Source of the DNA: Trichoplax sp. H2
Lineage: Eukaryota
Reading direction: 5' to 3'
Assembly: GCA_003344405.1 (NCBI GenBank)
Contig: NOWV01000027.1
Span: 496,001-560,000 of the forward strand
DNA length: 64,000 nt
Made by a program: the position numbers and the translations under genes
In this document: one piece after another, positions 25,425 to 38,995 of the stretch
Numbering within the stretch: position 1 is the stretch's first letter
Layout of the letters: every line of letters begins with the position of its first letter
Notes under the pieces: generated by a model
Seen by the model: the letters and a program-made list of their open reading frames with translations, nothing else
The model's database searches: none
What the model was told of the DNA's origin: nothing

Positions 25425-25785
25425 AGTACTGTATGATGACGTACACCAAAGGTCTGGTGTGTCACAGTCTCACAGATGATGCACTCGTGCTGCTGGTAGT
25501 ACAGTGTACAGTGTACACTCGTATACAGTATACTGTACACTGTACCGTACTGTATTGTAGAGTAGTCAATTCATGGTCCGTGATACAGTAGTAGTCATAG
25601 TGTCAGTATAGTAGTCTAGTCATAATTTCACTGGCAGCAGTGCTGTACTGTACAGTGTACAGTACAGCAGCATGACTGGATCGCTCATTGATCACAGTAC
25701 AGACAGTACTGGCTCTGCCACAGTACAACGTACTGTACACTGTACACTGTACTGTACTGTATGGGACTGTGGATCCTTTCAGCCT
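25425..25785. repeat. TACAGTA/TACTGTA low-complexity array upstream of BCAP31
   Basis: For example gtacagtgtacagtgtacac, tatacagtatactgtacactgtaccgtactgta, ctgtactgtacagtgtacagtacag and tactgtacactgtacactgtactgtactgta. Confidence 0.88.
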
Positions 25786-25946
25786 TGCTCTGCAAACAGC
25801 CAAGTTGGTTTCAGTTTCTTCGAAGTGGAAACTAAAGCTGATGCGCAAAATACATGACGCTCGAACCCTCGTCACCAGCCCATCAATACTCTAGAGAGGG
25901 AAAATATTGCATCAACATCGATTGCGCTATAGGACGACTACCAATG

Positions 25947-26893
25947 GATGAGTATTCCACTTCAGAATGTATATAGTCATCACGTAATCTAAAATAAATA
26001 GGGTAGACTCGTATTTTAGACGTACAGTGCATGTGCAATCCTCGGCGTTTTGAACAAATTGCAAGGCTGCCTTGGAAATTATGATGAGTATTCCACTTCG
26101 GACAGTATACTGTATAGTCATCACGTAATATACAACCTATGTAACTTGGCTCTATGTGGCTGAATTTATTCGAAAATTTCCAAATAATTCCGTAACATTA
26201 GCATACAGTATAAAATACGATAGATTCGTATCTTAGACGTACAGTACATGAATCCTTGGCGTTTTGAACAAATTGCAAAGCTGCCTTGGAAATTATGATG
26301 AGTATTCCACTTCGGACAGTATACTGTATAGTCATCACGTAATATACAACCTATGTAACTTGGCTCTATGTGGCTGAATTTATTCGAAAATTTCCAAATT
26401 ATTCCGTAACATTAGTATACAGTATAAAATACGATAGATTCGTATCTTAGACGTACAGTACATGAATCCTCGGCGTTTTGAACAAATTGCAAAGCTGCCT
26501 TGGAAATTATGATGAGTATTCCACTTCGGACAGTATACTGTAGAGTCATCATGTAATATAAAATACGGTAGATTCGTATCTTAGACGTACAGTACATGAA
26601 TCCTCGGCGTTTTGAACAAATTGCAAGGCTGCCTTGGAAATTATGATGAGTATTCCACTTCGGACAGTATACTGTATAGTCATCACGTAATATACAAACT
26701 ATGTAACTTGGCTCTATGTGGCTGAATTTATTCGAAAATTTCCAAATAATTCCGTAACATTAGCATACAGTATAAAATACGATAGATTCGTATCTTAGAC
26801 GTACAGTACATGAATCCTCGGCGTTTTGAACAAATTGCAAAGCTGCCTTGGAAATTATGATGAGTATTCCACTTCGGACAAATTGCAAGGCTG
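25947..26893. repeat. Near-identical tandem satellite with long (214 bp) and short (134-136 bp) units
   Basis: Anchor gatgagtattccacttc at 25947, 26083, 26297, 26511, 26645 and 26859 (spacings 136, 214, 214, 134, 214). Confidence 0.95.
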
Positions 26894-29800
26894 TGAGGTC
26901 TATTATACATACTCGGACGTACAGCACTGCTGGATATTAGCCGACTCGTAGTTGATCCAAAATATTTCCTATGCCTTTGAACAAGGGCTACAAGAGAGAT
27001 GATTGGAATGGAAAGTTCTACAAATGTCTAGGCTGACTAGTTTGCTGGCCATTTCAACTCTATTGTACGTAACTATTGTGATCGGCAATCGAAAAGATGG
27101 GAGATCATTAAAAATGACTTTGCCCGTTTGCCTTGCTTACATACTGTCCGTATACTGGGTGTCCTTAATTTATAAGTGCAGTCTTTTCACCTTATATTCA
27201 GACCTCCATTTTTTTAAATTACGACATGTTCTGTGTGCCGAGTAGATAATAATTAATCTATAGTAAACTCACCGATCATCGGTCTTATTGTATTAGAACT
27301 AACGCACGTTGTAAAAATGGATGTTATTTGGCAGCATACTTGGATAGACTTTCTACCATATTTGCTAAGTAGAATAAGGCAGTGTCTAACAAGTATTCCA
27401 AGTTGGAAGAATAGGCCTACATTAGCAATTTATTATACCTTATCATCAACATTGCTACTTCTAATGATCAAAAGTAAATACAAGTCTACCTATTCTATAT
27501 TATTCTACCGCCAAATCATGTCAACACCATCGATGGCCATTTTTACTCTAAATAGATAGTATGCATGAGAGACAAGTAGTTGCACATTTAAAACAATGTC
27601 TTGAATTGAGTCTGCCGCGTGTGTATAGCTCCTTCTATTAAAATTAACAAATATACGATACTTTATCAAGTCTTTTCTACCCATGTATTGTTATTTATTC
27701 AGTTTACAACGTAATAAAGTAAACTTAACAAACAATTAGTTTCCAGAGTTCTTCAATGTCGGAACCAATTAATATCAACAATGAAATTTCGAATTGGCGA
27801 CTAGATGTTGTTTGAACAGGTCATCAAAAGGCGTAAAAATACAACAACTATCACAGCAACTATATTGCTATCTTATTTATTTTTATCCGTTTCGTATTTG
27901 TATCGGTAAAGCATCTTAACAAGTTTCGTTGATGAAGAGATCTAGCAACAGATGTCTAGTAGTTATCATGCACATATCATATTACGGCAATAATCTTAAT
28001 GAAACGATGACATTGTATATCACTAAATCATCGGCAATGAAGCTATAGCTACGACTGCTTCCATGACAATAAACTTATATAATCACTGACTACTAGCTTG
28101 CTATCTTAATAAAATAATCAATTATGATTGCAATATTAAATATTGAACTGAAATGACTTTGTAACTCCTAATCGAAATGTATTAGATTTTACTATGTGAA
28201 ATATCATAGCTTAGACTATAGCCTTAAAGAATGCTAGTTGAATTCGTGGAACAGTTCTGTGGTATTTTAAATAAATTAGTGCAGATACGAGTTAAGTAAT
28301 AAAAAAGCGACATTTTACAAGCTACTCTCGGAGTAACTGTTGTGTGAGTCAATACGTAAAGAATTAGATACATAACAAAGTACCCATCAGATAGAGATCT
28401 ATCTCCCATCTCATCATTATAATTATTAATCGAATTAGGTAGTTTCAAAGTTGTATATCGTCAAATAAGGCAATAAATATAAGCAAAGTACCAACAACCT
28501 TTTAAAATAAACTATAAGTAGAAGAGTAAATCGATGATACAGAAAAATACTTGTAGCCAAATAGGTTATAAGCGGAACATGTACAACGTTGTACTACTGA
28601 TTCACAATAGCCTTAATATACTGTATACTGTACAGTATAATGATTTTGCGTAGTTGTTATACGAATTAGAATAAGCTAACTAGGCATGACTAGAACAAAA
28701 TAATATCTCAAGCCAACATTGACGTCTAAATTAAGCCTTATTAAGCGCCATTCAACTGGAAGAGAATATGCATCTATAATTATAATAGTTTGCATTGCTT
28801 AATTTGGCGCAATAGTAACGTAGTCATAGTGACATTGACAGGCAGAGAAATACCACTTCCAAGTCTTGTTCAGAAAAGTATCCATGATTTATCAATACTA
28901 TATTAAGTATCTAATATCTAACGATAACATACTCACCATTAACAAAAGTATCAGCATAGAAAAAATTTCATACAAGTAAGAAGTAAAAATGAGCCGGCAT
29001 CCAACTTGCTAATAAGCCTAGCAAAATTTGATTCTAACTGGCAAAGAATAGATAACGCCGTTGTGGTAATTAATCGGATTGACAAGTTATGAAACACTTA
29101 GGTATTAATAATAGTCAACACATAAGAAAATTTCTTATAATTTAAAGAAAGCTAATATCAAATTCATAGTTGAGTCTTGGTAATCTTTACACTAGCGCTC
29201 TATATCACTATGTCCCACGGCAAGCGGTTGAATATAAAGCTATAGGTAACTTGCACAGCCATTTTCTAGCAATATCAAAACTTATTAGGCTAATTTCTGA
29301 GCCACGGTATCCTTGATCTAGGCAACTATGTATTCATAGAAACCCACAGCACTACTATAAATATTTAATCTATAAATTACAAGCACCTCGTACAACTTGA
29401 GAAAAAATATTATTTTGGATCAAGAAATTAAACTAAACGTATCCTTCGGCTTATTTAAGTTCTGATAGCCTTGACCTAGGTAAATAGAAACTGGACACTA
29501 CTACTACAAACATTGGTTTTAACTAAAACTAGTACTGTACGTGTTCGTAGGGTAACTCTGTGTTGTGATTCTTTACGGTTTCAAATCAGGACATTGAACT
29601 TATAGTTTACCTAGACATCTCGATTTAATAGAGTATTTACTTCATTGATATAAAGTTATAAATAAAATGGTTTTGTTATTTTTACAGCAAAAATATTAAT
29701 ACTAAGCCTAAAGTTTAGTCTAAATATCCCCTGATTAAAATGGAAATGGAAAATTTTTAACCTCTCTAATCTACATTGATTAATCTAAAATTATGGTGTG

Positions 29801-31870
29801 ATTTGAGATGTGATCTTTTACGGTTGAAAGTTTTACTTCATGCAATAGTCTGTGCTTGATTTCTTTAGTTAGATCAATGAAAATGCGTATCATCACTAAT
29901 ATGCATGATTAGCTTAAAATGCATACTTAGCTTGTATAAGAATGCCTCGCGATTCAAAAACTACCAGGGATATCTCGATAATAAAATAAGAGAAACTACC
30001 ACCAAATTTATCGCTCAGCTTTGGTATACGTAATTTAGATTATATACGCGTAAGCAGCACTACCATCGTACTTTATACGTATTCTGTAATCTAAATTATA
30101 GTATAGCTATGCAAAGCATTTTTTTACCGTTTCTAGAATTAGTACGATATCTAAATTTACAGTTTAGCCTTGGCCGCCATGATTTCCACAGCTGGATGTG
30201 ATAGTGTCATTATACTACGTCGGTTAGTCTAAAATTACAGTCTAAAATCGCTTATGATAGCACTTACACTACTAGGTCAAGAGCTTAGTGCCTCTTAATT
30301 ATTTGCTTTATAGTATTAAAAACTTTCAGAAGTACTAAATTTATCATACTGGATAGTACTTCAAAATAGCGTCCATCATGTAAGACATGACAATAATTTC
30401 TTTAGTGGAAAACGATCTTACTATCTAATAGCAACTGACAAATAATTGAATCATAGACATCTTGGAAGTATGAGAAACATGGGAAATTTCATTTAATTCC
30501 TATTAAAGGAAGTAAGTATTGTAAAGATTCAAAAGCAGCTTCCGTTCTTCTTTATAAACAGTATAAATGGTGAACAATCACCATCATATTATCATAGTAA
30601 ATTACCATCAAAACAAGAAAAATCTAAAGACAAAATTTGGGTATTATCATACAGTAAAGTAGATATTACATATTGCATAAATTGATTTTCAATAATGAAA
30701 GGAATATAATCATAGTGAACAATATTGGAATAATATAGCAAACATCCGACGAATTTATATATCAAGTATTATATTCTAACTGAATCGATGAGGATGAGCT
30801 TGATTAATACAATCTCTTTTGCTCCTACCGATGTATATTAATATAAACTAAAATTTACGTATCGCACTTATCAAAGTAATTTTATGTCACGATTGAATTA
30901 TATTTGTATTCGAAGCTATTTTCCAATAACGAAGTAAAATGTAGAAAGCCACAATTTATGCCTACAGATTCCAAAGGCTAGCTTTTTACTATTGGAAATT
31001 TAAAGTCTAAATTAATACTAAGCTACGCTTTCAGTCGATATACCTATAAACAAATATTAACGACTGTTTTAAACGGAATGACATCTAGTTAAAGTCCAAA
31101 AGAAATTCAATTATAACCGATTCCTTTTTTCCCTTCTTCATCGTATTAATTTTAGTGCCAATAAATAATAATAAATTAGTCAAATAGTAGCCAACGGGGC
31201 TATTATCAAAGGTTTCGATACTAAAAGTAACATTAAATAAACATAGAAACGGCTAAAAATCAACGATTGTTGGACCTTTCACAATAGGGCCTAGTTAATG
31301 ATTGAGCTACCTTAGAAATATTATGTACTATCGCACGATATAAGCATCAAAGTTAACAATTCTTTAACTAGACAAATTTCAATTTATTTACTGTGATGGA
31401 ACAGTTCGTGATGAAAATAGATACAAAAAAATTGAGCGTATTACTTAGCGAAAACGTTTGGAGCTATTTTCAACCCATTTCACTGGAAATCAATCTAGTG
31501 TACGATAGTTTATTTTGGGGCATTTATTACCATAATGAAAGCTTGCCAAGCGGCGTAATAAAACTGTAATATATGTAGATTATAACGTAGGGATAAAGAT
31601 GCACAGTATAGTATTTTCTATTATTTTATCATTCAATAGTCCAATTTCACGGTTAACAATAAAATCCGAACTTTAAAATCTTATCCTACTGTTATAGTCT
31701 TAACTTTCAGTTGCCTATTTTTTTTTTATCGCATTTACAATTGGCAGTATTACCATTATTATTTTTCTTTCCCTTGTCTTGATATTTTTGAAATTCTATT
31801 TGTGATTATTCAATCTTTATCAGTTTATCCCACCTACTGATACAAGATATTCTCCTTCTGTTTGGTAAAT

Positions 31871-32881
31871 TTAGCGATAATTTTCTTTCTCTGTTAATTG
31901 GCGGTAGAAATTAGTTCGAACACGTTTTTCATCTGGCCTGTCTTTTTCGTTTCTCCATTGACCTTTTTCTAAATCAGCGCGTCTTTGATCATCTTCTTGT
32001 AATAACTCACTTAATGCACTAATATATCTCATGGCTAGACGTAACGTTGTCAACTTGGTTAATTTACCATCTTTGGGATAATAAGGTACAAGACGTCTTA
32101 ATTCTTCAAAAGCTATATTCATTTTGGACATGCGACTTCGTTCTCGAGCATTGGCTTTTAATCGTCGATATTTTGTCATAGAATGTAATCGACCATTGGT
32201 AGGATGATGAGAAGGGTTAATGTCTCGATTTTCTTCATTGCCACCAATACAACTGTCGCTATTATTGTGATGCTGTGATTCATGATGGTTATTATTAGCA
32301 CCAGCGCTATGAGTATACTGTGTTGTTGGTGGCTGATGTTGATGATGATGATGCTGATGATGATGATGAAGATGAGATCCTTCGTCTTGTTGTGATGATA
32401 GACGGTGTGGATGTTGTATGTGAGGATGATATAAAGAACTAATAGAATTATGTTGTTGGCGTTGATCTTGATTGATGTCTTCTTGAGAATCATGAAGAGG
32501 AAGTCCATTAATGCTACGTGGCCTTAAATTATAGCTTACGTTATCTTGATGTAGACTAGTAGAAACCATAGAAGTTGCTGGAGTCGTCACAATCATTCTT
32601 CCTGTTGCTGGGCTAGTGATATGATGATCAGTAACAGTAGAATGAGTTGTTGATATTTTGGTTACTCCAGCGATGGCTGTTGTTGTACTACTATCACTTC
32701 TTGTATAAGGGCTTTTATTTGATAAGTAGTGGTCTAAATTTCGATCTTGATCCACTTTGTCAACACTAGCTGATTTAGGATGGCGATGATGAAGAGTATT
32801 ACTGTCTTTTATCCCATTGTCAACATGTTTAGCGGCATTTTTCTTTCCTTTAGATGAACTCTTTTCTATCGGTGGCATCAT
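31871..32881 (-). CDS. Intronless atonal-superfamily bHLH transcription factor, Delilah/taxi-like
   Basis: 336-aa ORF with a His/Gln-rich N-terminal region and C-terminal b[34 protein letters not shown]...[22 protein letters not shown]. Confidence 0.92.
   Translation of the reverse strand: MMPPIEKSSSKGKKNAAKHVDNGIKDSNTLHHRHPKSASVDKVDQDRNLDHYLSNKSPYTRSDSSTTTAIAGVTKISTTHSTVTDHHITSPATGRMIVTTPATSMVSTSLHQDNVSYNLRPRSINGLPLHDSQEDINQDQRQQHNSISSLYHPHIQHPHRLSSQQDEGSHLHHHHQHHHHQHQPPTTQYTHSAGANNNHHESQHHNNSDSCIGGNEENRDINPSHHPTNGRLHSMTKYRRLKANARERSRMSKMNIAFEELRRLVPYYPKDGKLTKLTTLRLAMRYISALSELLQEDDQRRADLEKGQWRNEKDRPDEKRVRTNFYRQLTEKENYR
32333..32376. repeat. Imperfect (GAT/CAT)n microsatellite encoding a poly-His/Gln tract
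   Basis: gatgatgatgatgctgatgatgatgatgaagatgag encodes [14 protein letters not shown] on the minus strand. Confidence 0.85.
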
Positions 32882-35800
32882 GGCGTAAATTAAAAATTAC
32901 AACGATACCAGGATCTATTTCAATACTGTGATAGTAATAGCAAATGTTAATCAATAATTTGTATTATCTATGTATCTTGATAAAATTTTGAACAGAATGA
33001 GTCTTTATCCCTATATGAAATAGATTGAAAGAAGAGGAAATTATTTATCTACAATAAGGAAATTTATAGCCCTCTAAATTGACATCGTCTCGATCTACTT
33101 ATAGCCGTAATGTAAAAATAATACAATCCTTTTTTTTATTTACTGCAAAATGATTAATTCAATATTCAATTCTATTTTCGACTTGATGATATAATCAATT
33201 CTGCATCAACTGGCCGATATATTGTGGCGTATTGAACAGATTTTAAATTGTTCTAGATAACGATCCTGATCTAAATATCAGTCCTTCATGGTATAGGGCG
33301 ATAGACAGCTCGAAAGTGAGAATTGATTTACCTCTCTACAGCAACGTTTGTTGTCAACCTGTCGATAATCAATAGCTAACAGCGAATTTTTTCTTCCTCT
33401 TTCCACGATGGATAATAGTTACAGCACGAAGCTAGCGCTATCACTGCTTGAACTACCGATACAATTGGCAGTGAATTGATTGATCAATTTTTCTTCAAGC
33501 GGATCTTTTTTTTCTCTCCTTTTTTAATTTTCTTACTCTCCACTCTGACTCCGTCCAACGATTCCCTTTCTGTGTCTCAATTGCAATAAAGTGATTCCTT
33601 TTTAAACAACTTTTGTTCTACTGATGTTGATATTCTCATCATCAATTACGTGTAACTAATGAAGTAAATCAATAGAGTCATGCTAGTCATGCTTTTCCTA
33701 TTCAAATAATAGACAGTAGAAGTAATCGATCGCTTGAGACAGCGTTCAATCAATACCTATTGGGATTTTTCTTTTTTTCTTTCTCTCAAATATCATCCAT
33801 AATATTATCCATACGAGTATTGTTTCCAGTTCCAGTTAGCCACTCACTATCCAATCCATGCTATAATAAACAATTCAACTTGAAAATTAAACAGTAGTAA
33901 GTCAATGATTTGCGAACAAAAGTAAGGAATCATCTACATGCCATTTTAAACAAAGAGGAAGGAATATATTGTCAAATGACAATCAATCAATCTAGCCAAG
34001 TGGATTTGAAATGAGTATTGTTAACGTATTGATTTGATTGATCATTGATATTGGCAAGTGCTAGTTACGCAACCAACGATTCTTATAAGCTTGCAATAGT
34101 TCTCATTCGACAGCTTAACGACAGGCTTTCATACCATCCATCATTCTGTCACTAGCATAAAGACTTTGCATTCAAAAAGTATTGTATTTTCTTCTTTCTC
34201 TCAATCAAGGTTTAGGATTAGATGGAGAACGTAATGGAATTTGACAGATATTGTCTTTCTTGATCGACATGGAGAGGTAGAAAATTGTCAAAAGAAACAG
34301 ATAAAAAAAAATTGGAAATCACCTCAATTTTCCCCTGATCTCTACAGCCCTTTTCTACTATGCCATAGTAAAGGATGATATCATCCTCGCCAAATTCCCT
34401 GAAGGCATTTTCCATCATATCCGTTCTCAACCTCAACAATACCATTAATAAAATTAATTTCATCTTTCTCTCTCGACAACTTAATAGAGTAAAAATGGAT
34501 CGACTGAAAGAAAAATTAATTTTATTATCAATGATAGTTAATCATCCATTTTCAACGATACATGCATTGATTCTGTAATCAGAATGGAGAAAAGTAGCTT
34601 CTAAATTACGGATATGATGCATAATTCAATTTACGTTAATCTACGGTGTTATTTTTGGCATACTCTAATTGAGAGAAAAAGTATGCCATTCTATAGGAGT
34701 ATATCGACTTAAAATAAGGCTTTGATTGATTGTTTCTTCCCCTTCTTTTAGTGAAGAATAATATCAACAGTCATAACGAAACGTTGATTTTTTTCCCACC
34801 CTGAATAATTTACAAGTCAACATTGAGATAGTTAAAGTTTGGCGTTTTCCTTCTTTTTTTAATATCAATTCCACGTAATCATCACTCCAATTCAAATTAT
34901 ACCGTAATCATCGTCGTGAGTTCAACTCACTAAAGGCTAATAAACATGTACGTCATCATTTTATTTTCATTCCTATTGCAACTGTTGCAACTTTCTTCAA
35001 TATTTATATACCGTCGAATATTCGAAGGATAAAGTTAGAATTGAATCAAGCAAGAAATGTCGACAACAGTATTTTATATAACACTCATGAAGAGTTACTA
35101 TAGCACGGTATGCGTTTAAAAAGTAATTTTCCTTTTAATAATTTCAAAATATGGGAGAAAAAACGAGAAGAGCATAAGTTTGATTTTAATTGAATCATCT
35201 TGTCAATTGTTGATGCTCTTTCTGTCGTCATGGATGACATTGAAAATTCAATGATAGACACGCGCAACAGCGTAATGAAGATGGAGATAGCGAAAGAAAA
35301 CGATTAAATGATTTATCCTATCGTCTGTCGTAGAAATTTTATTTTTCTTCTTTTAATTGTATATTAATATCATTGTTATTATTATTCTCGGTAGGTAGCC
35401 GCATCTTTGTCCTGATCGACGGCTGTTGTACTCCATGTTATTAGTAGGAGATTTACAGACAGTCGCTATGATTACGCATTGATATTATTTATAAACCTTG
35501 CAATTCTCTCAGGATCATTATCCTCTTTTCAAATTGATATCCACGCCAATAATTTCTCCATTCTCATCATAATCAAAGAGTTTAAATTACTCCTCGACAT
35601 CATTAATCATATTGCAACAATAGTTTAGAAAGAAAGAAAGAAAAAATGAAAGTTGCTATGCGTAGCCCTTTCCATTCACCCATTCAAAACAAGCGTGATG
35701 GCCGTTGTATAGGCTATATAGCCACACGATTGTCTTGACTTTAGCAATCATACAATCTCTTCTTTTACGTAACATGTAAATTAATTTAATAAAAGGCGTC

Positions 35801-38109
35801 GATGCTATAATTATACATGCCGATAGCAAAATCAATCCAACTATACATGTCTATCTACCCAAACACAAACAAATTGCCCAAGGATAAACACCTATTGGTT
35901 TAGTCTACTTTGAAAGTGAATACAACTCTTCTGTAATCCATGACTATTGATTTGGAAATCAGTCCTATCAAAAATCAATAATTCAAATTGCTAAAAGGTC
36001 AAAGAACAAGTTGATTCATAAGTATTGAGAGCGAAATAACATCATTGATTTCAGTAGACAGCACATAAAATCACTCAACAAATCAATCTTCCACTAATAA
36101 CTGGAAAGTGATTAACACAATTTTTTTCAATGATGACAAAATGCCTTGATTAACTTGATTATTAATTTCTTTGATTTTATTTTTAAATGGATCTAGGTAA
36201 GAAATCAATGAATAAACAATTGCTCTTAAATTATCTTCAATCTATTTTGTATAAGATCAGTGAAGATGGGGGAGGCTATGGCAATCTAGTCATTGCGATA
36301 GCGCTATTTAGACAAACAATACGACACTCTTAAAAAACTGTCACTAAAATAGCTGTCAGAAACGATCAATTTTTTATTCTGTATATATTAATTAATAATC
36401 CTGTTAGATCTGTAATTTCTCTTAAATATCATTTTTTTTCAAGTCATTATAATGTCCTAAACAGAAGTAAAGAAAGGAACGAAACACAAAGCACATCAGT
36501 AAACTGACTCTATTCGGAATTAGAAGTCGCCACCAATTTGATCCATTGCCCAGCATCACGTAAACCGTCTCTTTGTTGAACGCTTTTAACTTTCGACGAC
36601 TTAAAGCATAGTCAATTGTCATTTGGCAAGACAGTATAATTAATGAATTGTTCAAAATTATAGAAAAGAAGTGGACTGATTGTTTTATGGCTAAGGACCG
36701 AATTTGTAATGCTATTAGCCATCACGGCCAATTTAAAATCACCTTGAGGTCATGACGATTTGCAAGAAAATTTACAAGACAATTTATCTTGTATCAATCA
36801 AACTTGATATCCACATCACTATCCCAAATTAGAATCCATCTTACAGTATATGGGAATAAATATCCTAGTAAAATTAAGCCTATTCTGCTGTTCTGGCACT
36901 TACACGATGCTGTAGATCAATTGATTCAAATTTTCCCTAAACTATCGCATTCCATTATCACACTGTGGCTTTAAAGTTGCAACATAAATCGGTAATTTTA
37001 AGTATCCAACTCATCGCCATACTGCATTAATTAAAATTAAATTAATATTTTCTCTCATTTTGCCAGCGTGTAAAAGGGCTACTAAATACTTTCGTAGTCC
37101 TTAACTTGGCACACACTAGATCTTTGCTGCGTTAATTAATATTCCTATTCCTCATCATTTAATTAAGCGATGTGTAAAATGACTACGAAACTCTTCCGTA
37201 ATCCTTCGCTGCACCTATGGCAGATCTTTCTGCATACGGGAATAAAGATCACAACACCATTCAATTCATTTTCACTGTTATTGCATATATAGAGTGCTGT
37301 AGCATATCTCGAATAGATTAATTTATTTTATTTTTGTTAACTATCGTATAGCATAATCACGATATGGTTTAAAGAATTAATAAACCGGTAATTCATATAT
37401 CTAACTACCACGCATAAGGTAAAGAATGATATTACGGTGATCTTTGCAGTTTAAAAATAGAACAAGAAATATTTATCATTATCAGTGCAATGCTGTTAAC
37501 TTTAACTGCTATCTGTTTGCTGGACTAATTTCATTACTCTATCATAATATTCAGTGCCTTAATGTAAGTTAGAAAGGCACTACCTCCCTACCAAATCAGT
37601 TTTAGAATATATTTATAAGATTGCAAAATCATCACCAATTCTGCTGAACTTGAATCTTACCTTATAAAATGGTAACATGACTGCAACTAAAATCGTTACT
37701 GCAGTAAATTGTCCCTTAGCTAAAGCCTATTTTGTTTCGTACCAGCAATTAAGATATCCCATTATTATAGGGATGGATCTCCATCTAAACACAAATTTTA
37801 GATTTGATGGCTCTCTCTTCTACTAATTCAATTTTAATTGTAAGTACAACATTCGCGGCACAATCCTTCAGTCAAGTTTAAATTCACATTGGTGACCTAC
37901 TGATATATTAGCAAATCGAAAATACCTGTTTTGATAAGATCTTGATGCAATCTAAAGAATGGACAGCAAACATCTGAAATTTGATGACAATGTGATTGAA
38001 ATAATCCGTCAACATTGATTCCAATCTTAAGAAAAAGCTTAAATTCTAGCATTATAACTAAAGGTTTTACCTTGTCTAACCTAAACCGATTTAAAAAAAA
38101 GCGATCTAA

Positions 38110-38995
38110 GGTTTCTTAGGTATGTGCAAATATATCGAATCTATTCTTGATTTACATTTCCTTTCTCATGATATAATTATTAATCAATAAGACTCCCAAT
38201 AGTGAGGTTAGTACTATTGATATAATATCTTTATTTAATATAAATTAATTTGGGTACTTTCTTAAATACGCTAGTAAACCGTAGATTTATCTAATCTCTC
38301 TCGAGCTAGTGCTAGCCTTCTTATTTATACAATTATAACCAACCAATTCTCAGAAAACACTCAAAGTAGTGACATTATTACTAATTCTATGTACTTATTT
38401 AATGTAACTTAGTTTGATGGTGGCTTCTTAGGTACACTTGCAAACTTGTTTAGTCTTATCCTTGATTTATGCTTTCTCATCACGCGATTGCCAATTAATT
38501 AATTTTAGAATAATCTCATAACACAGATATAAATTAAATATTAACGGCATCGCCCAATTTATTTGCAATAGTTTTAAGAGTAATGGCAACTTTCTTAGTT
38601 ATACTAGCGTACTATGAGATTATTTAATTTTATCATTGGATTATGCTTTCCTTCTTATGATTGATATTTCATGGACTTTTCAAAAATACTCAAACGCGAT
38701 TATGATATTGTTGCCATTACAATAGTGTCCTGGATCGCAATTGGACCCAGAATTAGTGACAGTCTCCTAGACATCCCAGCAAATTGTAAATCTGTTTAAT
38801 AGTTACCTTGACAGATGCTTTCTCCATCATGTAATTAACTATTAATGAATTTCTGAATAGTCAAAACAATAACAACATTATTATGATACCACACTTCTAG
38901 AGGGGAATAGGAATTAAAATTAAAAGAAATTTCTTAAGTACGCTGCAGGTTTAATATCGCGCTACTATATCCTTGATTTACGTTTTTTCTTCATT
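38110..38995. repeat. Highly diverged ~315-bp tandem duplication with partial third copy
   Basis: ttcttaggta...cttgattta...tttctcat at about 38113 and 38426; actttctta...ctag, ttcttat and aaa.actcaaa blocks are also repeated; partial match at about 38930-38990. Confidence 0.55.

Noticed and set aside
25947..26893. CRISPR-like appearance of regularly spaced repeats
   Set aside because: Whole units are repeated with no unique spacers, no cas genes are present and the context is eukaryotic.
25313..26910. Several 60-92-aa ORFs in the track (TVQYTV-rich and repeated ISKAALQFVQNAED ORFs)
   Set aside because: They are by-products of the TACAGTA array and the satellite, with no splice or homology support.
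27317..27559. ORF with WIDFLPYLL faintly resembling a retroelement integrase segment
   Set aside because: No DDE residues, flanking RT/RNase H remnants or LTRs visible; the similarity is too short.
32176..32508. 110-aa Ile-rich ORF overlapping the bHLH in another frame
   Set aside because: It is a shifted-frame reading of the CAT-repeat poly-His region.
34218..34463. 81-aa minus-strand ORF upstream of the bHLH
   Set aside because: No recognisable domain and no convincing splice connection; the bHLH ORF is complete on its own.
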